A DNA stretch of 62,398 bases, the filler included, from Globobulimina sp. (Eukaryota): assembly GCA_003354225.1 (NCBI GenBank). It is 28 parts of 28 records of this genome, joined end to end, with 100 filler letters (N's around TTAATTAATTAA, not from the genome) between each part and the next. Parts side by side here need not be neighbours in the genome. Positions count along the whole stretch, not along the records: positions 33,496 to 35,627 come from PIVH01008749.1; positions 35,728 to 37,859 come from PIVH01008750.1; positions 37,960 to 40,090 come from PIVH01008751.1; positions 40,191 to 42,321 come from PIVH01008752.1; positions 42,422 to 44,552 come from PIVH01008753.1; positions 44,653 to 46,783 come from PIVH01008754.1; 22 more parts are not named here. The stretch is one strand, 5' to 3'. The position numbers and the translations under genes are program-made. The notes beneath the pieces are model-generated. The model did not search any database. It was not told where the DNA came from and worked only from the letters and a program-made list of their open reading frames with translations. Shown in pieces: positions 35,117-46,883 of the stretch (the first letter of the stretch is position 1; each line of letters opens with the position of its first letter).

Positions 35117-35727
35117 AATAAAACAAACACTTTTCGCACATTGTTCAATTTTTTGGTTTGTTATTGTTGTTTGTAAACTTGTATTTATTTTAATGGGAAT
35201 TTTATTTTGTTCTTTGTTTGGAAATGTTATATTATATAACATGGTGATTAGACAAGTATTTGTATTGTCACTACTTACTATTTTGTTCGTCGTTTAAAAT
35301 GTGAGACAGTGATCCCAAAAGCCAAAGTTAAAAACTTTTTTATATGTGACTGAACCAGAAAATGTCGGATTATCGGATTCATTAGTTTTTTCGTTGTTAT
35401 ATGTTATGCACAAAACAAATGACAGCAAAAAGCAGACAAATGGACTATTAATGAATCAAGCTTCAGGTTTATGTGAATGTGGAGAGTCGACAATAAATGT
35501 CGACAAGGTATTTAGTGGTATTATATGACGATTATATCATATTTTAGCTGTAAAATTATACAGTGTTTACCGATTTTTGCACAGTATTTTGTGCAGCATT
35601 TCGATTGTTAAATAAAACGTGAAATGANNNNNNNNNNNNNNNNNNNNNNNNNNNNNNNNNNNNNNNNNNNNTTAATTAATTAANNNNNNNNNNNNNNNNN
35701 NNNNNNNNNNNNNNNNNNNNNNNNNNN

Positions 35728-36135
35728 AGAAATCGAAGTCCATTTTTTCGGGGTGGTCAGGATGGAAAACAATGTTGCGATTTGATGATGATTTCTTATT
35801 GTTGCTGTTGTATGGTTCGTCTTTGGCGTTATTGTCAATCTTGGCCTGTTTGGATGCTTTGGTTTTAGTGTCTGATTTATCACTCTTTGGAATGTTGTGA
35901 TGGTTATGGTTATTATGATGCAATGGTGGTTTTGTGCCACCTCTATATTGTATTGTTGTGGTTTTGTGTGGCGTATAAATTGAAGGCAAGTCAAGCGAGA
36001 TAAGACATACCCTTTTGAATCACCAGCTGCCTGATCCACAATTGGTTGTATTATGGACCTCGCGATCTCATCAGAATTCGTTTTAGGCGAATTGTCTGTA
36101 TTTTTCTGCGTGGATTGTGGAAGGGTATTGTACAT
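35728..36135 (-). CDS. Hypothetical protein, 5' part; frame or exon structure uncertain
   Basis: ATG 36135. Two overlapping open frames run into the linker. Confidence 0.3.
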
Positions 36136-37155
36136 AGAGTTGATTTGTATGATGTATGATGTATGTGACTAAACAGTTTGAGACATTGTGTATGAAAGAG
36201 ATTAATCTTTTGAAACAATTAATAAACAGGAAAACGGATTTCACAGTCTCAATTATTAGAGAAAGGATGGTTTTGAATTTCAATACAACTGGAAAAACAA
36301 AAAAAAAACACTAAAGTATATTGTACAGTTTTTTTTTTAGCTAAAGCAACATTATTTATAATTTATAATATCAAAAGATTGTCTCGCCGAATTATACATT
36401 CACCATATAATCATAATTAGTATTAATTACAACACATAAAGTAATCAACAAAAAAAAGGTAATAATTCCCAATACAATACTGTAACAAAAGCGAATGGAA
36501 AAGGTCTGGCCTTGCATTGGTTTACTTTATCTCCTTTTTTGTGTTTGGCACATAGCTTTTGATTAATTTGGTTTAAGATAATTTATTGAGGTGAGAGATT
36601 AACTCCAAAAGTTGAAGTCCGATCACCACAATGAAAATTAGCTCAATAGTTGTGTCTGCAGTGTTTGTACTTTGTATGTAAACCAATGAAGAAGTGAAAA
36701 GTCACTTCTTTGCTACAACTAAAGACATACTTGAACGATTTCTTCAAGCTACAGTTGGGTTAAAAGGTATTAGATATAAGTAATTCGAGTAAAAAAGTTA
36801 TATAGTTTCTTGAAAAGCAGATTTTACTTATCTGTTTTGTTTACATTATGTTTGTTTATGGGATTTGTTTTTTGTATCACTATTCAGTTTCGATAATGCT
36901 AAATATCTGACTGTATGTAATATTAAAAACAAAACAACACAAATAATAAAACAAAAAATATCGTCCTTATAATTAGTTGAATTATTTAACATATAACCTG
37001 GTGAGCAATATACTGCGTTGAGTGAGGAAAAGTATGTGATTGATGCCATTGTATGTAACTGCTGTTTGAACACAATGGGAAATAATAAAAAATAATAATT
37101 TCACTTCACAATATAAGATTGTAAGAACACGTTTTTCGCCAACATCTTCAATAGC

Positions 37156-37599
37156 ATGGCTTCAGTTTTACAGCATTATCTATATGATAATAATGGGGTC
37201 TCTCCCCCAAATGCGCATATATTGGTCAACTATTCCGAAACTCATTCGAAGCTCGAAAATATAGAATGGATGGATGCCCATATTGCAATTGAGAGTTACA
37301 TGATTCATGGTATAATCCTTGGATCAGACAAGGAAAACAGCACAAAGCACATTTTAGATGAATACGATGTTGATGTACCCGATCAAAATGTAATTCACTT
37401 CTTATCAAAGCAATATATTAATAAACGAAAGAAACTTCATAATAACCAAAAATATCAACAGTATGTACCAATGATAAACATTGATCATCGCATTGCAAAT
37501 AAAGAAGAAGATCAAACTAATTTAATCAGCGACAACGACCACAAATCAGAGAAACTGGAAACAGAGACAAAAACAAAAAGTTTTGACATTTACGCATAA
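37156..37599 (+). CDS. Hypothetical protein
   Basis: 147-aa ATG-initiated ORF with coding-like composition. Confidence 0.45.
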   Translation: MASVLQHYLYDNNGVSPPNAHILVNYSETHSKLENIEWMDAHIAIESYMIHGIILGSDKENSTKHILDEYDVDVPDQNVIHFLSKQYINKRKKLHNNQKYQQYVPMINIDHRIANKEEDQTNLISDNDHKSEKLETETKTKSFDIYA

Positions 37600-38235
37600 A
37601 TTAACTTTGTGATATATTTACATATTAATCGCCAGATTGTGCTGAATTGAAAAAGTGGCAAGAAGTTGGAAGAAGATACATTACCACACGAGCTTGGTTT
37701 ATCTATTTGATCATGTCATGCATACTAATAAATTGTGTGTTTATTGCCATTGAAGATCCAACGGCTTCATCCAATGCAGCCATCAATAAGTTTTGTTGAT
37801 GTATAATATGACAATGTCATATGGCTCTTTTCGTAAAAACGTTACCTTTTTGAATTGTANNNNNNNNNNNNNNNNNNNNNNNNNNNNNNNNNNNNNNNNN
37901 NNNTTAATTAATTAANNNNNNNNNNNNNNNNNNNNNNNNNNNNNNNNNNNNNNNNNNNNCCTTTGATGGTCCATGTTGTTAATGTTTTGAAACACCACCT
38001 TCTTCTGTCTGCAGAACCCATTCAAACCGCTGTCCTTCTGAAGTAAACAAAAAGTTTTTTCTAAAAAAACAAGATCTGCGAACCTGTTATGCAAAAATTC
38101 ATTATACAGAATATCATTTACATATTCAATAAATTAATTATATAATTAACATAAATTATTTCGGTATACAGTAGGGGGTGTTATCTGTCTGAATATTTCG
38201 TTCAATTAAGCCTAGCTTCTCTGAAAAATAATCAA

Positions 38236-39579
38236 ATGGCAACCGGTAGTAAGAGAACTAGAGAGATAGCACTAACCTCAGATGATGAGGCATCATCTCC
38301 TCCAAAAAAAAGAAAGAAAATCACCGGATTTAAAACATTCAAATTAGAAATGGTCAATGCAAAATGCATAAAGCTGTTGAAACCTACGAAATTCTGGAAT
38401 GCAAGTTATGAGGCTTTGTTTGACGAAACTATAAATTTTTACAATGCACCGGATTTAGCGTCAGATGATGAAGATTCTGATGACTCACTGTATACATATC
38501 TTGAATACCTGTCCGATAAAATAATTGTGCAAATCTTGATGTTATGCAATCTAAATATTAGAAATAAAGAACATTATATACATAGCGGACAACTCCCAAC
38601 TTTTGGTTTTTCCGAAAGAGTTTATGGTTTTATAGACGGCGAAGATAATTTATGTCTGATCACTGATAGTTATGATGATCAAAATATTGGCTCAAAAATA
38701 TTTGAAGATTCTCCAATTCGTTTTGAAATTACTCGCAATCCGCACAGATCCATCGCAGACTGTCCTTGTATTGATATAGGATTCAAACGGATCACTTTGC
38801 ATCGATCCTATATCGGAATTGCCAGAGTTCCAACGTCTTTATGGGTAAATAAATATGAGTTTAGTTTCTGGAAAGCATATCTTGAGTATTATTTTGAAAT
38901 TATTTGCCCCCAACATCAACAATCTATAAACAACAATTTCTTATTTGGTTTGTATATACATCAAATGTCATCGATTTGTATATTGATTTGTGAATAATTC
39001 AGAAACATTAAAATATGGTCATAGGTTTTGCCCAATATATTGTGGAAGAAGCTTTAATTTCGCACATTGTGCTGTACCGACATCCACTCCCAACAGTTAT
39101 GAAAGGATATTAATTCGCAATATTTTGGAGGAATATCACTGTCTCCAATTGCTGGTATTATTATGAATATGTTACCCGATATTTATTATGCAATAATACA
39201 TTCGGAGTTTGATAACGGAATTAATGATGATTTTTCCACGCCATTATTTGCTGTCAGTTATCATCAGTATCAAAGGAAAGTGATTGAAAAAATTGTTTCC
39301 GAATCTTCATTATCTTCAATTAAATCAGTTATAATGGATATGCTTTGCGATGATTTTGTTGAATATCCGCAAAATGAGCAGGAATTATATTTTCCATTGT
39401 TAAGAAATTCAGAAATTAAACATTTGAAAGAAACGGGACATTTTATTTTAAATCCGTTCGAAATTCAATTTTTGGAGCAGAGTGAGTTAAATAAACTGAG
39501 TGATCTCGGATATAGAAGAATGTGTGAAAACGATCTTTCTTTTTTAACAAAACAACAAATCTTAGACTGTATTCGGTGA
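38236..39579 (+). CDS. Hypothetical nuclear protein with one intron and an apparent -1 frameshift (error or pseudogene)
   Basis: NLS PPKKRKK. Probable intron 38948-39002. A frame change near 39133 restores an internal repeat. Confidence 0.55.
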
Positions 39580-40254
39580 TTGAATCAAATGATTACATTT
39601 TTATTTAACATATGCTATTTATAAGCATGTTTTTTTTAAAATCCAAACTCGTGAAAATTCTACAAATAAAGAGAATCTCCTCATGGATGTTCGAGCAATC
39701 TGATTTAAACACCCGATTGAATTTTGTCAGAGCCTGGCTTTTTCTGAATAATTTCATATTTGACAGCTCTGTCAATATCCAATTTCTGCTTGCAGTGTGC
39801 CAGGATAAATCTAAAAGATCCCTCTAAAGTATTCAACTTTGTTTAAATACATGCTGATTAGTAGAAACTGAGTGCAGGACCTTTATTTTTGAAGGTTTAA
39901 TACCCTCTACCTTGTGATCGTCTACCGAAACGTTGTAAGTTTCGGAACTGTTGATAAGGGAATGATGATAGCCTACGAATGTGTGCTTACCCGGAACGAG
40001 TCCTTCAATTTGCACTTCCATCACTGGTAAATGATCACACTGGGAGTATATAAATTGGGGGTTTGGAGCTATCAGAGCTCGGCCAGGGACNNNNNNNNNN
40101 NNNNNNNNNNNNNNNNNNNNNNNNNNNNNNNNNNTTAATTAATTAANNNNNNNNNNNNNNNNNNNNNNNNNNNNNNNNNNNNNNNNNNNNGGAGCATGCG
40201 TGTCATAGCAGAGGCTCCATATTAATTAAATAATAAAATAATATAATAATATCC

Positions 40255-40316
40255 ATATAATCCATATCCATTCCATCTCATCACCGTAGGATTCGAACCT
40301 ACATCCATTTGGTTTG
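40255..40316 (-). mobile_element. tRNA-derived dispersed repeat, copy 2 (3' half)
   Basis: GCAAACCAAATGGATGTAGGTTCGAATCCTACGGTGATGA followed by GATGGAATGGATATGG. 39 bp identical to copy 1. Confidence 0.6.
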
Positions 40317-40637
40317 CTTTCCAGTTGACTTTTTGCTTCCTGTGAAATGGTTGGTGGTTAGAACGATTTTACTGTTTTCCAGTTTTTGCAGACTGGCTTG
40401 CTTTTAACCGTTTAATTTAACAGAGCTGGTCATTTCTTAACGCCGTATATATACGGCATTAGTATGCATATACAACAAGTACAATCCAAACGAAAATAAA
40501 GACACACAAATTTGTACTCAACCATTGCGTCTCCTATTATCTCTATCTATTGATCATGATCTAGTGACTTTCGACTCAATACCTGTATTGATCACATACG
40601 CAGAAACATCGCAAAACTATTGATAACAACTGTAATA

Positions 40638-42258
40638 TCAATATATTACATAAATAACGTTGCAATCAATACAGATATTTTTGGTTTGTTTGACTGTGTG
40701 TTTTTGTGTTTGGTTGGTTGGTCTTTGCGTGATGTGATGATTGGGATTTGAACCCAAATCTTCTTCAATAAGATGCTTTTTTAAGCTATCATCACATAAA
40801 ATAAATTGTATAAAGCGACTTCGTCGCTCATATTGCATGACAAACCTAAAAGAATATGATTGTGAATAATTAAAAGCTATCAGTCCTAAATCAACGCTTG
40901 TAATGGATGCATACGCATTATTTATTAGATGATGACATGGATTGTTATGTAGCATATCAATACAACGCCAATTCCAAACCAAATGATCGGAATTGCCTCT
41001 ATTATTTGTCATACGTTAAAATATCACCATTTAATTGTAATTGTAATCCACATCAAATAAAGAAATATCATTTGGGATAATATCGCAATAAATATCATTA
41101 TAATCATATGTTACTTGATGTATTGCAGTAATTATGACATTCATATGGGGAGACACAGTGTAAATACATTGTAAAAGTGTATATTAAGCCATTTTGCATA
41201 TATTTATACGCATCAATCCGCAATTCAGTTACTCGGGAAACTGAGTTTTCAAAAACAATAAATTGCTGTGGATTGATATTATGTACATCGTTTTTGTATA
41301 TTTTGGTGACATTTACCGTCCAATTTATAGTATAATCTAAATCAGCATTAATCGCATCAATACATTCATTGTCAAATTGTATATCTGCATAAATATGAAC
41401 CATACCATTTAGATTTAAGTTATTCAGCGAATATTCAGATATTCCATGCAATGATACCATGGGTATAGCTAACGACGACACATAAATATCAAATGATTTT
41501 ATTGATATGCCTCCATACCAATTGGTAACAGCTAATTGTATGTTATATGTTGTTCCTTTGTGTAACTCATCACTAACAATCTGAATATATTTGCCAGTAA
41601 AAAATGGATTCCCTTCGATTATTGGTGAGAATGTCCAGTTAAATATGGCATTATCTCTGCCACCTAAATTCGTAGTGGATCTGGCATCTAATATTAAATC
41701 ATCACAGATGCCAATTTGTGAGGGCAATGATGATATTATAATATCTGGTTTGTACGCATTCATTGGCGCCGATATATATGTAATATATTCATACAATTCA
41801 TATTCATATACGGCATCATTAAAATTACATTTATATTTGACGGATGCCATTGTAATTACTATCGGAGATAATATATCTACACTCGACAAGGATGATAAAA
41901 CTATCTTTAATTGTATTTGCATATTAATATTATGCTCATCCAATACTATCCAATTACATACGGATTCGTTATGCAGCAAATTCCACGTATTATCATCAAA
42001 TATATATCGACAATCATTTACCAATGAATTCATGTCAATTATGGACGCTGTATTACTATTTTCCATGTAAATATATATATTCCTATACGAATTTGACCAT
42101 TGTGTACGCAGATTTATGTCAGGTACACATTGTGCAGTTGTTTGGGGTGCTATTGGATAATATGTGGGTTCGAGCGTAGGTGCGCTAGGCGATAATGTAG
42201 GATCTAGTGTCGGTTCCATTGTCGGACTGTTACTCATTAAACCTTGCAATATATGCAT
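40638..42258 (-). pseudogene. PT-repeat plus REJ/PKD-like surface protein gene, frameshifted toward its 3' end
   Basis: PTMEPTLDPTLSPSAPTLEPT; ICDDLILDARSTTNLGGR...FNWT...YNIQLAVTNW. Coding-like sequence continues in changing frames at about 41135, 41040 and 41010. Confidence 0.6.
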
Positions 42259-42421
42259 ACAATATATAGTGTATGCAATATGTATATTAACTCAACTCTG
42301 TCCATACTGGAACACATTTTCNNNNNNNNNNNNNNNNNNNNNNNNNNNNNNNNNNNNNNNNNNNNTTAATTAATTAANNNNNNNNNNNNNNNNNNNNNNN
42401 NNNNNNNNNNNNNNNNNNNNN

Positions 42422-43403
42422 CGGCTAATTTGTATTTATTTTCCAATTTGAATTCCTTTTTTTGCAGTAATAATTTATTCACTTTGCTTGATTTCCGGCG
42501 TGGCTGCACTGTGACGGATGTCTTTGTGCCTTATATATGTACAACATTTATCATAATGGGTAGTTTAAAACATTTTTATTGTCCAATTACAACTTAACTC
42601 GTCTCGATGTGTGTGGAGAATTTATTATTTTTCCATCTTTTGTGTCCCCGCAGCGAAATTAAGAACTTTTTTTTGTGTTTAATGTGGTTTTTAATGGCAA
42701 TAATTTGTTCATCTAAATAGAATTCAGAAGAAGATAATTTTGAGATTAATTTTTCTTCTCTGTTCGTGTGAATATCTTTTAATATTTCAATAATTTCATT
42801 TGCATCGTTTTTGTTATTCGCGCACCGCATCGCAGTGATAATATCATCTCTGTCGCCGAAATTAAATAATAATAATTGATTTAGCATTTCTTGATCAACT
42901 GATTCGTTTTTTGGATCTGACTGGATTGTATTTGGTGTGTTTGTATATGATATCGACCGAAATCCGGCATCGAAGCTATGAGCAAAATGTATATGAATGG
43001 AGGACAAATATTTTAGGTAAAATGATAATTCTTTGTCGAGAATGTGTGGCATTTGTAAATTATTTTTGTTGTGCGTTATATAGTCGTTACATGTGTTGAT
43101 GTTACATTTCACGATTTGATTATTTATAAAATTAATATTTTGAATATTTTTGGAATGGTTTGAATGCGATAAATGTTTGATGAGTATGTGGTGATAATCA
43201 TTTATTAAATGTTTATAAGATGTCAACAATTCTGTGATTTTTTTCGTTTTTCTTGATGTATTTGTTGTTTTGTTGATGTTGTGATATGTATCAAGAACGC
43301 TTGCAATACGTTCTAAGGATGCACATTTTTTTAAATGATTGCAATTGTTGGAATAATCCGACGTTAGAATTTGGTAATTTTCTGGTTTGTGTGAAGCTGA
43401 CAT
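42422..43403 (-). CDS. N-terminal part of a protein related to the 31264-33080 gene, with a UBA-like insert; 3' partial
   Basis: C.SLERI..VL..YH...LINDYHHIL.KH...C....C...IH.HF.HSFDAGFR, then MLNQLLLFNFG.RDDII.AM. A probable intron after TH-IET leaves the frame open to the contig edge. Confidence 0.65.
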
Positions 43404-43610
43404 GTGCTCTCAACTAAAAAAGAATTAGTGGTTTTGTGTCTTATTTCGAATAACATTCTCAGTTGCCCAGATTTGTCTTCTTCTACAACTATAAGCCATG
43501 CTCGTTTGTGGGAGAAAAGATTTATATTTAAGCGGTTTTTAATAGTATTCTGGCAAACAAATTAAAATGAATACACACAAATTTATGGCTATATTCATCA
43601 CAAAGACCGA

Positions 43611-44552
43611 TTAATCAGCCTCCTCTTTGTCCGATCGCTTTGATTTTATTCTTTTACTCCTTCGAATAATAAGTCTATTTTCGCTGTCATTTTCACTCTC
43701 ATTCTCATCATCAACATCCATTTTCTTTTCGTCTTCTCTTTGCTTTATATTATTTATTCCATTCCGAGCACCACCACTTTGAGCACTGGTTAGCACACAA
43801 TTTTCCATTTGCGAGGTGTAGATGAAATTATATACATTACTTTCTTGATCGTATGATTGTATTCGTGGCACGATATCAATTAAAAAGTCATACATATGGT
43901 CACTTTGCACCGCACGGCAAACATCCTGCAATTGCAACGACCTCCGATTGTCTTTGATGGTGTATTTATAAGATCTGCTGATTAAGTCACGCACAAACAT
44001 CTCAATCAAAACCGCCATTAATTCCAAGGTAATACATGATATTTTAAAGGAGGTCGGATCCAATTTCATTATTTTAGCAATTCGCCTTTTCGGCAATGAC
44101 GAGGGTTTATTGATAAATGGATGCAAATATGTTCCATTATTTATTGCATTTGTCACCGACTCAATGTATTGCTGCGTGTCATATTTGTCCATGCCACATA
44201 ATCGTTTTTTTAATTGCTCGGAAGTTTCTCTGTTTCTGCGTTTTGAGGATATGTCAATGTGGTTACTTTTCTTTTTTCTACGTTTTGATTTTGGCCGACC
44301 TCGTTTTTTCTGAGTGGTTTTGGGCTCATTGCTATTTGTATCGACAGGGACATTGTGTGGAGCATCAATATTAATGCTGTTATTGGTATTACTCGAATTC
44401 CGACTTAACACGGATGTACTCCGCGTTTGGTATCGATGTTTCTGACGATTTGGTGAATTTGTTTTATTGGCAGTGTTGCTGTCTGGTTGTGTGTCATCCA
44501 TTTGTAATTCGTAAGGATTGAAATCGGAATCACTGTCATCATCGTTGTTGTT
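43611..44552 (-). CDS. NFYC: NF-YC/HAP5-like histone-fold protein, 5' partial
   Basis: LPKRRIAKIMKLD...EMFVRDL..RS......RRSLQ..DV..AV...YDFLIDIVPR. Confidence 0.85.
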   Translation of the reverse strand, partial: NNNDDDSDSDFNPYELQMDDTQPDSNTANKTNSPNRQKHRYQTRSTSVLSRNSSNTNNSINIDAPHNVPVDTNSNEPKTTQKKRGRPKSKRRKKKSNHIDISSKRRNRETSEQLKKRLCGMDKYDTQQYIESVTNAINNGTYLHPFINKPSSLPKRRIAKIMKLDPTSFKISCITLELMAVLIEMFVRDLISRSYKYTIKDNRRSLQLQDVCRAVQSDHMYDFLIDIVPRIQSYDQESNVYNFIYTSQMENCVLTSAQSGGARNGINNIKQREDEKKMDVDDENESENDSENRLIIRRSKRIKSKRSDKEEAD

Positions 44553-44668
44553 NNNNNNNNNNNNNNNNNNNNNNNNNNNNNNNNNNNNNNNNNNNNTTAA
44601 TTAATTAANNNNNNNNNNNNNNNNNNNNNNNNNNNNNNNNNNNNNNNNNNNNAATATATTTTATTTAT

Positions 44669-46102
44669 TCAGAATGTAATTAAATTAATCACATATACAA
44701 CAATTGGAAATAACAAATTTATGCTACTTCCAAATAAATATAAAGGTAACAGAAAATATGATATTATTTTCTCAGATATCCTTCCACAACAATTTGAACT
44801 CTGTGTGTTATCCGCAAAAGTAACTTGTTTTACAAAATCTTCTCTATGAAGTTTTGTCCGCAATTCACTAAAATCTTTAACATTCTCAAATGAAGTGTCA
44901 GCTTGCATAGTTAACCAATTTTTAAATTCAAGCGGTGCAGCTCCAGGAAAACATAAATTTGCAATCATAACTTTGACTAATCTGTCTTTATTATTTGACG
45001 AATTATGAATAAATTTAAATATCGGTGCCCAATGTTCCCCATTTTTGATATCCTGACACCGAGTTAATCCAAACTTTGCTACATAAAAAGCAACAAATAT
45101 ACAGCATAAAATATGGCCAATAACTATACCAAAAGGCAACACAATGACACAGCCGAGGGCTATACACATTATCTGGCATCCGTAACACAAACAATTTATG
45201 CAAGCATATGCATAATCAGAATAACGAAGGTTTTGATTATTTGACTCAGGATTTATTGTTGAAAAGGTCAGAAATGTGAAAAATATTGCGATGAATGGTG
45301 CAGTTGTAATAAGCAACAAAAACAATGTAAAATATTGTAAATTAACAGTTTGAGTGATCGTGTCATTGCCATCGATTTCTAGAAATAACCACGAAGTGAT
45401 GACAAATACAGCAAAAAAGTCAATAATTGTGGCAGTCCAATTAAATATTGATGTCCATAAATCAGCGACAGCCAATAACATAATTGACTTAAATGCGATA
45501 GAAAGTAATGATAAAAAAATAGAGGATACAATAATTATATTTGATATCGTATCGTTTGATGATGAAAATTGTAAAATAGCTACCATTTGAATGCAAGACT
45601 GCGGAAACGACTCAATAAATGTTTCTAGTATAAATCCAATGTGGCACTCAATTTTGTCTTTTAAAATATCTTTAAATACTAAATCAAAGTTATATTCATT
45701 TAGTTGGGACAATGCATCGTGTAATGCTTGCGGTATTTTCCTATTATTTACATAGGAGCGGCTCAGTTCAAATGTATTTCGAACGAATCGACTAAAACCT
45801 TTGCAAATATGTGGCGTTTCATAAAAATAAAATAAATACGGCAGAATAAATGTTATCGGTAATCCAATTATTACGCAGAGTAAAAATTTAAAACAAGACA
45901 TTACACTATTTCGCAAATAACGTAAATACATTATATAATATGATATATTTGCTAAAATCAAAATTGATAATGATAAATAAAAATATGTCCAATGATGCGA
46001 AATATACCATTCATACAACACAATTATATCTGTTACAACATCTGCAAAAGATATGACAATGGTTAATATGTCAAAGGCCACAAACAAAGTTGCCGACACC
46101 AT
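44669..46102 (-). CDS. XK-related multi-pass membrane protein
   Basis: DVVTDIIVLYEWY...YF.LS and ILETFIESFPQSCIQ match XK-family signatures. May continue after an intron at the contig edge. Confidence 0.75.
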   Translation of the reverse strand: MVSATLFVAFDILTIVISFADVVTDIIVLYEWYISHHWTYFYLSLSILILANISYYIMYLRYLRNSVMSCFKFLLCVIIGLPITFILPYLFYFYETPHICKGFSRFVRNTFELSRSYVNNRKIPQALHDALSQLNEYNFDLVFKDILKDKIECHIGFILETFIESFPQSCIQMVAILQFSSSNDTISNIIIVSSIFLSLLSIAFKSIMLLAVADLWTSIFNWTATIIDFFAVFVITSWLFLEIDGNDTITQTVNLQYFTLFLLLITTAPFIAIFFTFLTFSTINPESNNQNLRYSDYAYACINCLCYGCQIMCIALGCVIVLPFGIVIGHILCCIFVAFYVAKFGLTRCQDIKNGEHWAPIFKFIHNSSNNKDRLVKVMIANLCFPGAAPLEFKNWLTMQADTSFENVKDFSELRTKLHREDFVKQVTFADNTQSSNCCGRISEKIISYFLLPLYLFGSSINLLFPIVVYVINLITF

Positions 46103-46347
46103 CTTTAATTAAAAGGTGCACGGTGCAAAACTTTGTTTTCTTGTTGTGCTTTGAATAGGACTCTCTAGAGCACTGTTAAAAAACTTTAATTATGGGCTCG
46201 TCATTTTGTATACGGCCTTTTTCATATCATTGAACACACATATATGAAAAACTAAACATTTCTAAACTGACTCCAAATTTAACACCGAAATACAAAAAAA
46301 GAATATCAGTATAATACATATTATAATTATTCCAAACAACAAACAAT

Positions 46348-46783
46348 TTACAATTTAACCCCAGGCATTGGAAACTGCGACGCAAATTTGATAACCTCCT
46401 CTCTCAATGCCTTGGTTCCAACATGTTTATCCGCCAAAGGTCGAAACACCTTCATTTTCTTGATGGCGCATTGCGAATGAATCTCAATGGCATACTTGCA
46501 GGCCATATCCAGAAACACTGCGATCTGTTTGAATTCCTTCTCCATAAACCCTCGCGTAGTCAACGCAGGCGTTCCAATCCGAACCCCGCCCGGATTCAAT
46601 GCAGATTTATCGCCGTGCACAGTATTCTTATTAATGGTAATATTGGCTAAATCGCACACATACTCCACGCGACTGCCATTCACGCCATGCGGCCGCAAAT
46701 CCCAGAGCAACAAATGCGTGTCGGTGCCGCCAGTGACAATGTCACAACCACGCGTTTGCAGTACTTCTGCAAGAATCTTGGCG
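46348..46783 (-). CDS. SHMT: Serine hydroxymethyltransferase, C-terminal part
   Basis: IVTGGTDTHLLLWDLRP, ITINKNTVHGDKSALNPGGVRIGTPALTTRG, FASQFPMPG (eukaryotic type). Confidence 0.97.
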
Positions 46784-46883
46784 NNNNNNNNNNNNNNNNN
46801 NNNNNNNNNNNNNNNNNNNNNNNNNNNTTAATTAATTAANNNNNNNNNNNNNNNNNNNNNNNNNNNNNNNNNNNNNNNNNNNN

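Noticed and set aside
39833-40090. GC-richer partial ORF at a contig end as a viral gene
   Set aside because: No diagnostic motif; cannot be assigned without a search.
40442-40457. Perfect palindrome GCCGTATATATACGGC as a Helitron 3' hairpin or terminator
   Set aside because: No CTRR end at the expected distance and only one copy in the window.
21053-46783. PSAT and SHMT as a serine-pathway cluster, and any other cross-linker neighbourhood
   Set aside because: They are on different contigs ordered only by length.
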